Source: a virus. From it: 64,000 bases of DNA. The position numbers were made by a program, and so were the translations under genes. The stretch is from positions 96,001 through 160,000 of IMG/VR virus record IMGVR_UViG_3300035696_000007; one strand, written 5' to 3'. Within the stretch, counting starts at the first letter, position 1, and the number at the start of each line of letters is the position of its first letter. Below, piece after piece: positions 52,333-60,996 of the stretch. The notes below the pieces were generated by a model. It worked only from the letters and a program-made list of their open reading frames with translations, was not told the origin of the DNA and ran no database searches.

Positions 52333-52946
52333 CAGTCGACCTTGGCGTGGATGAACCCCTGGTCAATGTAGACCATAAGGTTCGCGCCGAGCTTGAAGGG
52401 GTTCGCCCGGCCGGGGTCGAGCTTCACCTCGTCGCCCGCCTTCACGTCGATCTCCGCCGCCGGACCCGCCTGGGACACGTAGTAGCGGGGGCGGCCGGGG
52501 GCCTCGAATACGCTCTGGTCGGGCAGGTAGATCCTCCCCACCTTCTCCGGCATCTCGATCCGGCACAGCACCCACGCGCCGGTGACGTGGAAGGTGTCGG
52601 CGTGCACTCGCTCGGAGTCCAGCGTGGCGATGACGTCGCCCTGCGGGATGACGAGAACCTTCACGCCCTCCACCTGGCAGCCGCAGTGGGCGATCATCAT
52701 CCCGTTAAACTGCATGAAGACGACGTCGCCAGGCTTCAGCCACATGTGGCGGACCTTCGCTTCGCCACGGACGCGCCCGTCGCCGACGGCGACGACCAGC
52801 CCGATGCAGTACTGCCTCTGCCTGTTCTCCGGCAGGACGATCCCGGTGTCGTTCTCCTCCTCAAGGTCCATGACCGCCACCCGGTCGCCGAACACCGTGA
52901 GTTTGCCGTTGATCTTCTTGAAGTCCTTCCGTTCCGATTCAGTCAT
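52332..52946 (-). CDS. groES: Tandem two-domain GroES (Cpn20-like) co-chaperonin
   Basis: GDRVAV..GIVLP..VVAVGDG..LKPGDVV and second WVL..RIYLP..VKAGDEV domain. Confidence 0.8.
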   Translation of the reverse strand: MTESERKDFKKINGKLTVFGDRVAVMDLEEENDTGIVLPENRQRQYCIGLVVAVGDGRVRGEAKVRHMWLKPGDVVFMQFNGMMIAHCGCQVEGVKVLVIPQGDVIATLDSERVHADTFHVTGAWVLCRIEMPEKVGRIYLPDQSVFEAPGRPRYYVSQAGPAAEIDVKAGDEVKLDPGRANPFKLGANLMVYIDQGFIHAKVD

Positions 52947-52958
52947 GCCGGTAAGAAC
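52947..52958 (-). promoter_or_regulatory. GTTCT-N7-start motif (representative copy, groES)
   Basis: GTTCT-TACCGGC-ATG; recurs before primase, gp47, HU, FkbM. Confidence 0.6.
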
Positions 52959-53306
52959 TCATTCGAATCCCTTGTCGTAGTAGAGGTTCGCCGCCCGCTG
53001 GGCCTCGTCCCGCTTGCGATAGGGGGCGTCCCGCATCCCCGCCGGCCCCGCCGCCCAGGCCAGGGCCAGCCGGTACGGCGTCGGGTCGGGAACGACCTTC
53101 TCCAGCCACCGCAGGTATTCGAGCGGGTCCAGCGCCCTCTTCCGGGCGGCGGCCGTCATCTGCTGCGGGCCGATCTCGCCCGCGCGACCCACCATCCAGC
53201 GGTTCCCGGTCTCCACCGCGCCGATGCAGCGCAGCTCGCGCGCCTCGTCGATCTGGGCGACCGCGGGCAGCGCAAAAAGCAACAAGAGAATGAACAGGAG
53301 CCTCAT
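52959..53306 (-). CDS. Secreted lysozyme-like/lytic transglycosylase
   Basis: Signal peptide; IGAVETG (catalytic E), GEIGPQQM, LALAWAAG. Confidence 0.65.
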   Translation of the reverse strand: MRLLFILLLLFALPAVAQIDEARELRCIGAVETGNRWMVGRAGEIGPQQMTAAARKRALDPLEYLRWLEKVVPDPTPYRLALAWAAGPAGMRDAPYRKRDEAQRAANLYYDKGFE

Positions 53307-54331
53307 GGCAGGCGGCTGAGCAGCGACTCGTATTCGGAGTACGCCCCCCTCTTGGCGAAGAGGTCGGCGGCCAGGCGGGCGTCGTCGTTGGGGTCTACTT
53401 TCCTGCCCTGGGCGTCCGACGGCATCTTGACCACGGTCACCGGCACGCCCCCCTGGAGCCGCCGGCACTCCTCATAGGCGCTCGCCAGGGCGTCCGCGTC
53501 GAACATGAGGCACACCTCGGCCAGGCCCTTGACGGAGGACAGCTTGCCGAGCTGCTCGGCGCTGACCTTGTGCTTGAAACAGGCGACGGGGGTGGCGCCG
53601 ACCCCCCGCGCCGCCAGCTCGCGACGCAGCGACCTCACGTTGAGGATGGCCTCGACCACGATGGCGACGCCGCCCCGCTCGCGCAGCTCGTCGAAATTGT
53701 AGAGCCAATGGCGGGAGCCGAGCTTGACCTCGCTCCGGCTGGGGAACTGCTTGGTGGCTCGATCCGGCTCATCCGTGTAGGTGCGGCCCTGGTAATAGAC
53801 GACCCGGCCCCATTCGAACACCGGGAAGATGGCGTAGGGCTCCCACCGAGGGTCAACGCGGGTGAAGCCGACGCCCGCCTCGATAAAGTCGGCGAGGTCG
53901 AGGTTCTTCCGCTCCGCCATGCGCCCGATGAGGCGGGCGTAGGCGCCGTCAGGCTCGTCGGCCAGGAGCGTGAAGCCCGCTGGCAAGCACACCTGAGGCA
54001 CGTAGGACGGCTGCCTGCCCTCCGGGACGCCAAGGCCGGCGACCATCCCACTCAGCTCGCCCACGGCCAGGCCCGGCTCCTCCTCGATCTCCACCGGGTA
54101 GCCAAGCTGGGTGGCCCAGCGCACGAAGTCGCCACCCTTGTTGCAGCGCCAGCAGTTGGTCTTGCCGGTCCTGAGGTTGACGGACCTGTTGCCGGAACGG
54201 TCGCCGCAGCCCGGCTCGGGGCAGAGGAAGACCAGCTCGTCACCTTGGCTGCGGTCAGGGATGACGTCGAACAGCATCTCCACCTGCGACCGAAGCTGGG
54301 CGGGGTTGTATCGTCTGACCTTGCTTTCCAT
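53303..54331 (-). CDS. DNA primase (gp61/DnaG-like)
   Basis: Zn finger CPEPGC..CWRC; YYQGR; TOPRIM VEAILN, FDADA, DPND. Confidence 0.9.
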   Translation of the reverse strand: MESKVRRYNPAQLRSQVEMLFDVIPDRSQGDELVFLCPEPGCGDRSGNRSVNLRTGKTNCWRCNKGGDFVRWATQLGYPVEIEEEPGLAVGELSGMVAGLGVPEGRQPSYVPQVCLPAGFTLLADEPDGAYARLIGRMAERKNLDLADFIEAGVGFTRVDPRWEPYAIFPVFEWGRVVYYQGRTYTDEPDRATKQFPSRSEVKLGSRHWLYNFDELRERGGVAIVVEAILNVRSLRRELAARGVGATPVACFKHKVSAEQLGKLSSVKGLAEVCLMFDADALASAYEECRRLQGGVPVTVVKMPSDAQGRKVDPNDDARLAADLFAKRGAYSEYESLLSRLP

Positions 54332-54344
54332 CGAGTGTCAGAAC

Positions 54345-55124
54345 TCAGATGAGAGCCGCCGTGGACACCTGGACGGGCAACCAGCCGGAGCACCCGAAAG
54401 TAGCCGTGATCATCCACACACCCTGCCCACTGTATTGGAGGGCAGAGGGTGAGATGCCGATGGGCCACATCTGGTGAATCTTGATGGCTGACGCGACCTC
54501 AAAAGGCGGGTTAGGGGCGATGACGCCCCTGCCGCCGGTCGTCGCTTGGTCCCCGCTGAGGATGGACTGCAGGGAAGCACCCATGAGCAGGTTGACGAGC
54601 ACGTCGAACTGGTAGGTGGGCTGCAGGGTCGAACCGTCGATGTCGTTGAGGCCTACGGCGAACTCGAAGTCGGGGTTGTCCGCAAAGCCGCCCTGGAAAG
54701 AGCCGCGACCCGCGCGGCCGAGGGCGCGCCAGGCGAAAAGCAGGCTCAGCAGCTTCGAGCCGAGGGCGGGGGCGGGCGAGCCTGCGTCGACGAGGAAGGT
54801 GAGCTTCACGGTCGAGGGCGCGTGGTCGATTCCCGGCACAAGGTAAGGCAGGGCGTCCCGTGCGATCGTCGGCGAGTCCATGACGAGTTCGGGCAGGTCC
54901 ACGGACTGGACGTAATAGAGGGCGTAGGCCGAGGAGGGCAGGCTTCTGAGGAGGGGGCCGGAGTTGCGGTACTGCGCAACCTGCTGCAGCTGGTTGCGGA
55001 TCTCGTTGACGACACCGTGCAAGTCGACCTGCCAGAGGTCGACCCTCTGCGCGTCCATCAAGAGCGCATTGGCCGCCGTCGGAGTGATCTTCCCCCAGGG
55101 GTTCGCTACATGGTATCTTGGCAT
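54345..55124 (-). CDS. Tail tube-like/baseplate tube-initiator protein
   Basis: QR.DLW.V, VQSVDLPEL, WPIGISPSALQY..ITATF tube-fold pattern. Confidence 0.6.
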   Translation of the reverse strand: MPRYHVANPWGKITPTAANALLMDAQRVDLWQVDLHGVVNEIRNQLQQVAQYRNSGPLLRSLPSSAYALYYVQSVDLPELVMDSPTIARDALPYLVPGIDHAPSTVKLTFLVDAGSPAPALGSKLLSLLFAWRALGRAGRGSFQGGFADNPDFEFAVGLNDIDGSTLQPTYQFDVLVNLLMGASLQSILSGDQATTGGRGVIAPNPPFEVASAIKIHQMWPIGISPSALQYSGQGVWMITATFGCSGWLPVQVSTAALI

Positions 55125-55146
55125 AGTCCTCCTGTCTAATTATGGT

Positions 55147-56043
55147 GTGGCGCACTTTTTCGCAACCTACGCCGGAACCGTAGAGTCCACCAGCGACCCG
55201 GAGAGGGTCGGGAGGCTCAAGGTGCGCGTGCCGCTGATCTACGGGCCGTCCAGCTCCAACGAGGCCATCTCGGTCTCCGACCTCCCGTGGGCCCTCCCCG
55301 CCGGCCTCCCGGCCGGGGGCACCGCCCAGTCGGGCGGGATGGTGTGGCTCCCGCAGGTGGGCGACCACGTCTGGGTGCGGTTCCTCGACGGCGAGGCCGA
55401 GAAGCCCATCTGGGAATGGGGCGCCCAGGACACCAAGCAGGCGGCCGCCTACCGGTACTTCCGGCTCCAAGACGGCGGCTACGAGGCCAGCGGCGCCGCC
55501 CCCACCATGGGGATGCTGACGCGGTACGGGCACGCCATCCAGCTCTCCCCCGGCGCCGTGGTCCTGTCCAGCTCCGGCGGCTACACCTACTACGTCAACG
55601 ACAGCGACGAGGCGGAAGGGCAGCTCGGCCTGCGCACGGCGCGGGGGTACCTCCACGAGTTCGACGACTCGACCGACACGCTGCTCCTCTACGTTCGGAA
55701 CTACACGGCCAACGTGTCCTACCTGTTCTTCACGGGCGACGACTACAAGTGGGTGGTGACCGACCAGGCCGAGTTCGACGTGGGCAACACCTTCGCGGTG
55801 ACCGCCGGGGTCTCCGCATCCTTCGACACGCCGGAGTTCGACGTGAGCGCGGCCCACTTGGAGCTTGGCATGGACGCCGACGATCCCGTAGTACGTCTCA
55901 GCGACCTCCAGGCCGCCATCGACACCGTAACCGCCTTCTTCAACGACCACCAGCACACCGGCAACCTGGGGGCGCCGACGTCGCCCCCGCTGGCCCCGAT
56001 GGAGGTCACCGGAACCGGCAGCCCCACCACGTTCTCAACCTAG
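55147..56043 (+). CDS. Baseplate spike, gp5/VgrG OB-fold
   Basis: GTVESTSDPERVGRLKVRVP, LPWA, LPQVGDHVWVRFLDG..PIW; C-term HQH. Confidence 0.9.
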   Translation: MAHFFATYAGTVESTSDPERVGRLKVRVPLIYGPSSSNEAISVSDLPWALPAGLPAGGTAQSGGMVWLPQVGDHVWVRFLDGEAEKPIWEWGAQDTKQAAAYRYFRLQDGGYEASGAAPTMGMLTRYGHAIQLSPGAVVLSSSGGYTYYVNDSDEAEGQLGLRTARGYLHEFDDSTDTLLLYVRNYTANVSYLFFTGDDYKWVVTDQAEFDVGNTFAVTAGVSASFDTPEFDVSAAHLELGMDADDPVVRLSDLQAAIDTVTAFFNDHQHTGNLGAPTSPPLAPMEVTGTGSPTTFST

Positions 56044-56056
56044 GCAGCAAAACACA

Positions 56057-56239
56057 ATGAAAACAGCCATAATCATCATCGGCATCCTGACCGTGGTCTT
56101 CTGGGTCCTCGTGGCCGTCGATCTCGTCATGCGGAAGTTCGCCAAGAGCATCCCCGGCGTGGCCCAGATCAAGGCCTTCCTCGTCAAAGTCCTGAGCTAC
56201 ACGCCCGCTCCGAAGTCGGTTCCCCCCGCCGTAGCGTAG
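56057..56239 (+). CDS. Small membrane protein
   Basis: Single TM helix. Confidence 0.5.
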   Translation: MKTAIIIIGILTVVFWVLVAVDLVMRKFAKSIPGVAQIKAFLVKVLSYTPAPKSVPPAVA

Positions 56240-56246
56240 TTAAGGC

Positions 56247-56774
56247 ATGCCAGAGGGCTACCTCACCTGCATCGGCGTCCGCGACGCGGGCGGCCGCGAG
56301 ATCGCGTTGAAGGACGCCGTCCGTTACGGCTGGCTCAGGCCCGCCAGGGCCCCCGCCGGCTGGGGCATCGGCCCCGGCGAGGTGCCGCTCGGCCACAACC
56401 TCTTCCTCGACGCCGGGCGGCAGTACCTGGCCTACTCGTTCGGGTACCGGTCGCCCGTCGCCAACTACGCCGTGCAGTACTTCGGCATCGGGACGGGCAC
56501 GTCCACGCCGACCGCGGCGGACACGGCGCTCGCCAACCCGGTGGCCTTCGACTACGCGAGCACCTACCTCAAGCTGATCGACACGGTGGACTACCCGGCG
56601 CCGTTCGTGGCCCGCGCCCTGTTCACGATCGGGGCGGGCCAGGCGAACGGCTACCTTATCACCGAGTTCGGGCTGTATTCCGGCGACAACACGCTGCTCA
56701 TCCGGCTGACGCGGGTGGGCATCAACAAGACGAGCGACTTCGCACCCCAGCTGGCGCACCGCATCCGCTTCTAG
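56247..56774 (+). CDS. Baseplate/tail-fibre attachment protein
   Basis: HNL..GRQYLA, GIGTG..P...DTAL, ANG..ITEFGL, INKTSDF. Confidence 0.7.
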   Translation: MPEGYLTCIGVRDAGGREIALKDAVRYGWLRPARAPAGWGIGPGEVPLGHNLFLDAGRQYLAYSFGYRSPVANYAVQYFGIGTGTSTPTAADTALANPVAFDYASTYLKLIDTVDYPAPFVARALFTIGAGQANGYLITEFGLYSGDNTLLIRLTRVGINKTSDFAPQLAHRIRF

Positions 56775-56776
56775 CC

Positions 56777-57118
56777 ATGAACGCCAAGGCCCTTCTCGAC
56801 CAGCTAGTCGAGATACAGGCGACCCGGAGCATCCCGCGCGAGGCGATGAAGCAGAGGATCGCCCGCGCTTTCCCAAAGCTCTGGATGAAGGACTCGGAGG
56901 AGTTCGACCCCGGAACGAGGGGGGCCATCTGGACGACGGCCGAGGACGCCGACGCCACCGCCTCAGACGGCAACCGCCTCTTCGACGCCTACGCCGAGGA
57001 CTTCAAGGAGACCACCTACGTCCTGGGCGTCCATCGGCAAATGCTCGCCCTCCTCGACGCAGGCGGCTGGTCCGCCGAGTTCTACGACCCAGGCACCGTG
57101 CTGCTCTTCCCCGGCTAG
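56777..57118 (+). CDS. Small late protein with LLDQLVE motif
   Basis: MNAKALLDQLVE; W.AEFYDPGT. Confidence 0.6.
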   Translation: MNAKALLDQLVEIQATRSIPREAMKQRIARAFPKLWMKDSEEFDPGTRGAIWTTAEDADATASDGNRLFDAYAEDFKETTYVLGVHRQMLALLDAGGWSAEFYDPGTVLLFPG

Positions 57119-57759
57119 GCCGGAAGAACGAACGGCAGGTGCTGCGGGTCGCGGGCGTCGCGCAGCCGGATAATGACGGGCATGGTCGGCGGCGCCTTCG
57201 GGGCGCGCCGGAGCTTGAGGCCAACCTGGTGCGGCAGGCGGTCCCCCTTGAGCGTGTTGGTGGCCTTGCGGGTGACGACGACGTTCTCCCAGACGGTCTT
57301 GCCGCCGGAGTGGCGGGAGACGACGTGGTCGATGTTCCACTCGCCCGGCTGGAGCCGGCGGTCGTCCGCCGCGTACTGGTCGAGGCCGTGGTCGCGCTCG
57401 TAGACGGCCTTCGGCGTGCACTTGACCGTGCGCACCGGGACCTTGTCGTAGTGCTGGCAGATGAGGACCATCGGGACGCGCACGCGCTGGTGCGCGGCCT
57501 GGAGCCAGAGGTCGAACGGGCGGATCGGGAGCTTCAGCCAGTCCCCCCAGGCGGTCGGGATCGAGCGAACCGGGCGCAGGTAGTCGAACTCGCCGTCGGC
57601 GCCGACGGCGAACTCCAGGTCCATGGCGAACTTCGCCGGGCCCCGGCCCATCAGGCCGCCGTTCATGTCGACGATGGCCTGCCGGACCGTGCGCCAGCCG
57701 ATGGCCCGCCAGTGACGGTTCAGGGAGAGGACGATTGGCTTGTCGAGATCCGCGAACAT
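57115..57759 (-). CDS. HNH endonuclease (McrA-like)
   Basis: VLSLNRHW, VYERD..QY, NIDHVVSRHSGG..WENVV..N..KGD. Confidence 0.85.
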   Translation of the reverse strand: MFADLDKPIVLSLNRHWRAIGWRTVRQAIVDMNGGLMGRGPAKFAMDLEFAVGADGEFDYLRPVRSIPTAWGDWLKLPIRPFDLWLQAAHQRVRVPMVLICQHYDKVPVRTVKCTPKAVYERDHGLDQYAADDRRLQPGEWNIDHVVSRHSGGKTVWENVVVTRKATNTLKGDRLPHQVGLKLRRAPKAPPTMPVIIRLRDARDPQHLPFVLPA

Positions 57760-57802
57760 AAGATGACTCTGAGCGGTGGTTCCTTCGTAGAAAAGTTGAA
57801 AG

Positions 57803-57897
57803 TGGCGGAGGCGTGCGGTTCCGCCCCGCGCCGGGCTTGACCTCGGTCCCGGGTTAGCAACCCGGTCGGACTTCTGGATGTCCTGCTTACTGCCTCC
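57803..57897 (-). tRNA. tRNA-Ser(GCU), atypical 8/4 fold
   Basis: CCGGG-TTGCTAA-CCCGG; long V arm; G73-CCA. Confidence 0.7.
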
Positions 57898-57903
57898 GAA
57901 AGA

Positions 57904-57990
57904 TGGCGGAAGGCGATGGAGTTGCGCCATTGTCCTTGCGGGCACTGCGGTTTTCGAGACCGTTCGAGGAGACTACCCTCAGCGCCTTCC
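57904..57990 (-). tRNA. tRNA-Ser(CGA), 8/4 fold
   Basis: GGAAGGCG/CGCCTTCC acceptor; CTCGAAA loop; CCA. Confidence 0.8.
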
Positions 57991-58004
57991 GAAAATGGTA
58001 TTAT

Positions 58005-58036
58005 TTAGGCTTATCACACTAGATGAGTTACTAATA
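58005..58036. repeat. 32-bp AT-rich site, copy 2
   Basis: TTAGGCTTATCA-CACTAG-ATGAGTTACTAATA. Confidence 0.7.
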
Positions 58037-58038
58037 GA

Positions 58039-58126
58039 TGGCGGAGGGCGGAGATCTCGCGTCCCAGCGGCTCGCGCCGCCCCATGAGCTTCCAACTCAG
58101 GCCGACCCTCGGCCGGTTCACCCTCC
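58039..58126 (-). tRNA. tRNA-Ser(GGA), 8/4 fold
   Basis: GGAGGGTG/CGCCCTCC acceptor; TTGGAAG loop; CCA. Confidence 0.8.
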
Positions 58127-58409
58127 GAAAAGGAAATCGTTGACAAAACCGCGCCGGGAACAATCGGTGGTCGCGGGGATGTTTACGAAATCATGGTGGC
58201 CCGGCAGCTGGCTCGTGCGCGTCTCGGCCCGGAAGAAGGTCGTGCGCAGCTTCCAGTGCCTGACCTTCGACGACGCGAGGCTGGAGGCCTCCAAGGCCGT
58301 GAACGCCCGGCGCCTGCGCAGGCACCCGCTGCCGACGGCCGTCACCGTGGCGCTGATCGAGGGGCCGGGCCGGACGAGCCCGGAGATGCCCCTCTTCAGC
58401 GGCGGAAAG

Positions 58410-58485
58410 TGGTCCCCCCGCCCGGATTCGCGCCGGGATCTGCGCCTTAGGACGACGCGGCCCTGTCTAGTTGGACGACGGGGAG
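58410..58485 (-). tRNA. tRNA-Arg(CCU)
   Basis: GCGTC-GTCCTAA-GGCGC; CCA. Confidence 0.85.
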
Positions 58486-58486
58486 A

Positions 58487-58562
58487 TGGTAGGGGCGGTG
58501 GGACTCCCACCCACACTATGCCGGGTTCGTAGCCCGGGTGACTAATAATTGCCGACGCCCCC
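58487..58562 (-). tRNA. tRNA-Arg(ACG)
   Basis: CCGGG-CTACGAA-CCCGG; CCA. Confidence 0.85.
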
Positions 58563-58586
58563 AAGATTGAAAAAGGTAGTTACGGC

Positions 58587-59009
58587 ATGAACAAGAGCCG
58601 ACGGGTGATCAGCCAGCTGACGGAAGCCGGGCCGGACCAGGGACAGAAGCCCGACGCCCTCGCGGCACTGGTGGCCTTCGCCAAAGAGGTGGTCGAGGCG
58701 TTCGAGGAGCACGAGTCCGGCGACCTCAACGACATCCCGGCGGACATCGTCATCGAGCGCGGCCGGGCCGCGCTGAAGCTGGCCGGCGCGGACGTGTCCA
58801 GCCTGCAGAAGTACAAGGTCGAGCAGCTCTTCGGCGGCGACTGGGGCGACCCGCAGTGGGAGGAGAACGAACACCCCATGCGCTTCGACACCGAGGAGGA
58901 GGCCTGGGTGGAGGTCGACGAGTTCCTCGCCGACGCGGCGGCCGCCGCGGAGGCCGGGCACATGGCGGCGGGGTTCAGCCGGGACGAGTTCCGGGTCGTC
59001 CCCGCCTGA
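58587..59009 (+). CDS. Acidic small late protein (VISQLTE motif)
   Basis: TAGTTA-N4-ATG. Confidence 0.65.
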   Translation: MNKSRRVISQLTEAGPDQGQKPDALAALVAFAKEVVEAFEEHESGDLNDIPADIVIERGRAALKLAGADVSSLQKYKVEQLFGGDWGDPQWEENEHPMRFDTEEEAWVEVDEFLADAAAAAEAGHMAAGFSRDEFRVVPA

Positions 59010-59012
59010 GAG

Positions 59013-59088
59013 TGGACCCCGCGGCGGGATTCGCACCCGCACCACCGGCCTTAGAACGACCGGGCGCTGTCTGTTACACCACGCGGGG
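59013..59088 (-). tRNA. tRNA-Arg(UCU)
   Basis: CGGTC-GTTCTAA-GGCCG; CCA. Confidence 0.8.
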
Positions 59089-59104
59089 AAGGGGTACTTA
59101 GGCC

Positions 59105-59341
59105 ATGAAGAGCGCCGTCGAGAGGCTGCTGGAGGACGACCGGCAACCGTGGAGCCACGAGAACACGGTCAACGCCATCGTCGGCTCGTTCGTCGGCTTC
59201 GACTTGGACGCCAGCGTCGCCAGGCTGCGCGTCCTCCTGGCCAAGGTGCCCGACCCGCTGCTGCGCCAGGTCTACGACGCGATGCACGCGGGCGAGGAGG
59301 ACACCCTCGCGAGGGGCCCCTACCGGTTCACCGACAAGTGA
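59105..59341 (+). CDS. Small late protein (AVERLLE motif)
   Basis: TACTTA-N4-ATG. Confidence 0.65.
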   Translation: MKSAVERLLEDDRQPWSHENTVNAIVGSFVGFDLDASVARLRVLLAKVPDPLLRQVYDAMHAGEEDTLARGPYRFTDK

Positions 59342-59342
59342 G

Positions 59343-59416
59343 TGGTCGCCCCGCCGGGAATCCCACCCGGGACGCGGCCTTCGGAGGGCCGCATGATATG
59401 GCTTCACCACGGGGCG
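59343..59416 (-). tRNA. tRNA-Arg(CCG)
   Basis: CGGCC-CTCCGAA-GGCCG; CCA. Confidence 0.85.
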
Positions 59417-59420
59417 AAAT

Positions 59421-59497
59421 TGGGGCGATCGACGGGGCTTGCACCCGCAACCCGCGGGCTCACAACCCGCTGCTCTGCTGATTGAGCTACGACCGCC
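59421..59497 (-). tRNA. tRNA-His(GUG)
   Basis: G-1:C73; GCGGG-TTGTGAG-CCCGC. Confidence 0.9.
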
Positions 59498-59498
59498 G

Positions 59499-59573
59499 TG
59501 GGGCCTCAGTGGGGATTTGCGCCCCCCTGTCCGATTTACAAAATCGGTCCCTCGCTGCCTAGGGGTCTGAGGC
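59499..59573 (-). tRNA. tRNA-Thr(UGU)
   Basis: CCGAT-TTTGTAA-ATCGG; CCA. Confidence 0.85.
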
Positions 59574-59596
59574 GAAGTCGAAGTTGTAGTTAAGGC

Positions 59597-59917
59597 ATGG
59601 AAAAGACTCCTGCACCGAAGCCGAAGCTGCGTGGAACCATGGCGCCGGGTTCCGCCCTCCTCAGCCTTGTCGCCGACATCGAGGCGATGCAGACCAATGT
59701 CCCCGACGAATATGAGGGGGATGCGGCTGACCGCGGCTGGTTCGGCCCCTTCGAAACAGGGGTGTCCGCGTACGAGCGGGGCCACTTCATCCTGTGGCCC
59801 AACCTTGAAATCCTTCTGGTGCAAGCCAAGGCGGCCCTGGAGGCGACCAAACCAAGAGGCTCCGCCGGCCCGGTCGAATCCAAAGCCTCCCGCCTCGTCG
59901 ACAGGCTACTCGAATGA
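59597..59917 (+). CDS. Small late protein (C-term LVDRLLE)
   Basis: TAGTTA-N4-ATG. Confidence 0.65.
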   Translation: MEKTPAPKPKLRGTMAPGSALLSLVADIEAMQTNVPDEYEGDAADRGWFGPFETGVSAYERGHFILWPNLEILLVQAKAALEATKPRGSAGPVESKASRLVDRLLE

Positions 59918-60399
59918 GCCACCGTTTCATCCTTTTCGGCGGCGGGTCTGGGAACGTCTACGGCGTCAGCGACGCCGCGAGCTTCGAGGAGGCGTGGAAG
60001 GAGATCCTGGCGGCGGGCGGGCCGCTGGGCTACTCGGCTGGCGGGGAGCCCGGGGGCGAGGTCGAGCGCGAGTGGCCCGAGTTCGACGACATGTCGGTGA
60101 TGCTCGGGGGCGCGGAGATCGAGAAAAAGGACGGCTACTGGCTGATCACCGCCCGCGACTCGGACGAGGGCCAGTTCGGACTGCTGGACGCCCAGTCCGC
60201 CAACTCGGCGGTGCAAAAGGAGATCGAGGATCTCGGCCTGCAGAAGTACGCCGACGAGTTCGTCGCCGAGAAGGCCGCGCTGGACGCCGAGGCCGAGGAC
60301 GAGATGCACCGCCAGGCGGTCTACGCGCAGGCGCCGCAGCACGAGTCGGTCAAGGCGGCCGCGAAACGGCTGGTCGACGCGCTGCTCGGCGAGGCCTGA
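59914..60399 (+). CDS. Acidic late protein (C-term LVDALLGEA)
   Basis: ATGA overlap with upstream gene. Confidence 0.65.
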   Translation: MSHRFILFGGGSGNVYGVSDAASFEEAWKEILAAGGPLGYSAGGEPGGEVEREWPEFDDMSVMLGGAEIEKKDGYWLITARDSDEGQFGLLDAQSANSAVQKEIEDLGLQKYADEFVAEKAALDAEAEDEMHRQAVYAQAPQHESVKAAAKRLVDALLGEA

Positions 60400-60402
60400 A
60401 AG

Positions 60403-60478
60403 TGGGGCCACCGACCCGAGTCGCACGGGCAACGTCCTGTTTACGGAACAGGTGCTCTGCTGATTGAGCTACGGCGGC
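60403..60478 (-). tRNA. tRNA-Thr(CGU)
   Basis: CCTGT-TCCGTAA-ACAGG. Confidence 0.85.
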
Positions 60479-60483
60479 GAGAT

Positions 60484-60558
60484 TGGTAGGCGCGGGAGGG
60501 GTTTCGCCTCCACCCAAGGGATTATGGGTCCCCTGCTCTGAGATTGAGCTACGCGCCC
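60484..60558 (-). tRNA. tRNA(CAU), Ile2 or Met
   Basis: GGGGA-CCCATAA-TCCCT. Confidence 0.8.
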
Positions 60559-60562
60559 GAAG

Positions 60563-60648
60563 TGGTGCGGCCGGCGCGAATCGCACGCGCACGCCCCGGA
60601 GGGCAGCGGGGTTTAGGCCCGCCGCGTCTGCTGTTCCGCCACGGCCGC
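60563..60648 (-). tRNA. tRNA-Leu(UAA)
   Basis: GCGGG-CCTAAAC-CCCGC; long V arm; A73. Confidence 0.85.
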
Positions 60649-60653
60649 GAAGT

Positions 60654-60737
60654 TGGTGGGGGCGGAGGGGGTTGCACCCTCATGCCTCGCGGCCGGGGGT
60701 TTTGGGTCCCCTGCGTATGCTGTTCCGCCACGCCCCC
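60654..60737 (-). tRNA. tRNA-Leu(CAA)
   Basis: CCCAAAA loop; long V arm. Confidence 0.85.
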
Positions 60738-60742
60738 GAGAT

Positions 60743-60819
60743 TGGCGGCGGCGACGGGAGTTGCACCCGCATTTCACCGGCTGAGAACCGGGGTTCCTAG
60801 GCTGTTAGAAGACGCCGCC
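60743..60819 (-). tRNA. tRNA-Glu(CUC)
   Basis: CCGG-TTCTCAG-CCGG. Confidence 0.85.
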
Positions 60820-60826
60820 ATGAAAT

Positions 60827-60902
60827 TGGCCGCCCCGACGGGATTCCCACCCGTGTCGCAGGCTTGAAGGGCCCGCATCCTGGGATGCTAGAAGACGGGG
60901 CG
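60827..60902 (-). tRNA. tRNA-Glu(UUC)
   Basis: CGGGC-CCTTCAA-GCCTG. Confidence 0.85.
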
Positions 60903-60905
60903 AAA

Positions 60906-60990
60906 TGGTACGGGTAGAGGGACTCGCACCCCCATGCCTTGCGGCGCCGCCTTCTGAGGGCGGTGTGTCTGCTGATTCCACCATACCCGC
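60906..60990 (-). tRNA. tRNA-Leu(CAG)
   Basis: CCGCC-CTCAGAA-GGCGG. Confidence 0.9.
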
Positions 60991-60996
60991 GTGAAA

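Noticed and set aside
58179-58532. Plus-strand CDS after TTGACA at 58140
   Set aside because: Possibly real in its first part, but it runs antisense through two tRNAs and has no recognisable motif; not supportable as annotated
59013-60648. Amber suppressor tRNA (CUA within Arg GTTCTAA or Leu CCTAAAC loops)
   Set aside because: Stem pairing centres the 7-nt loops on UCU and UAA; the shifted register breaks the stem
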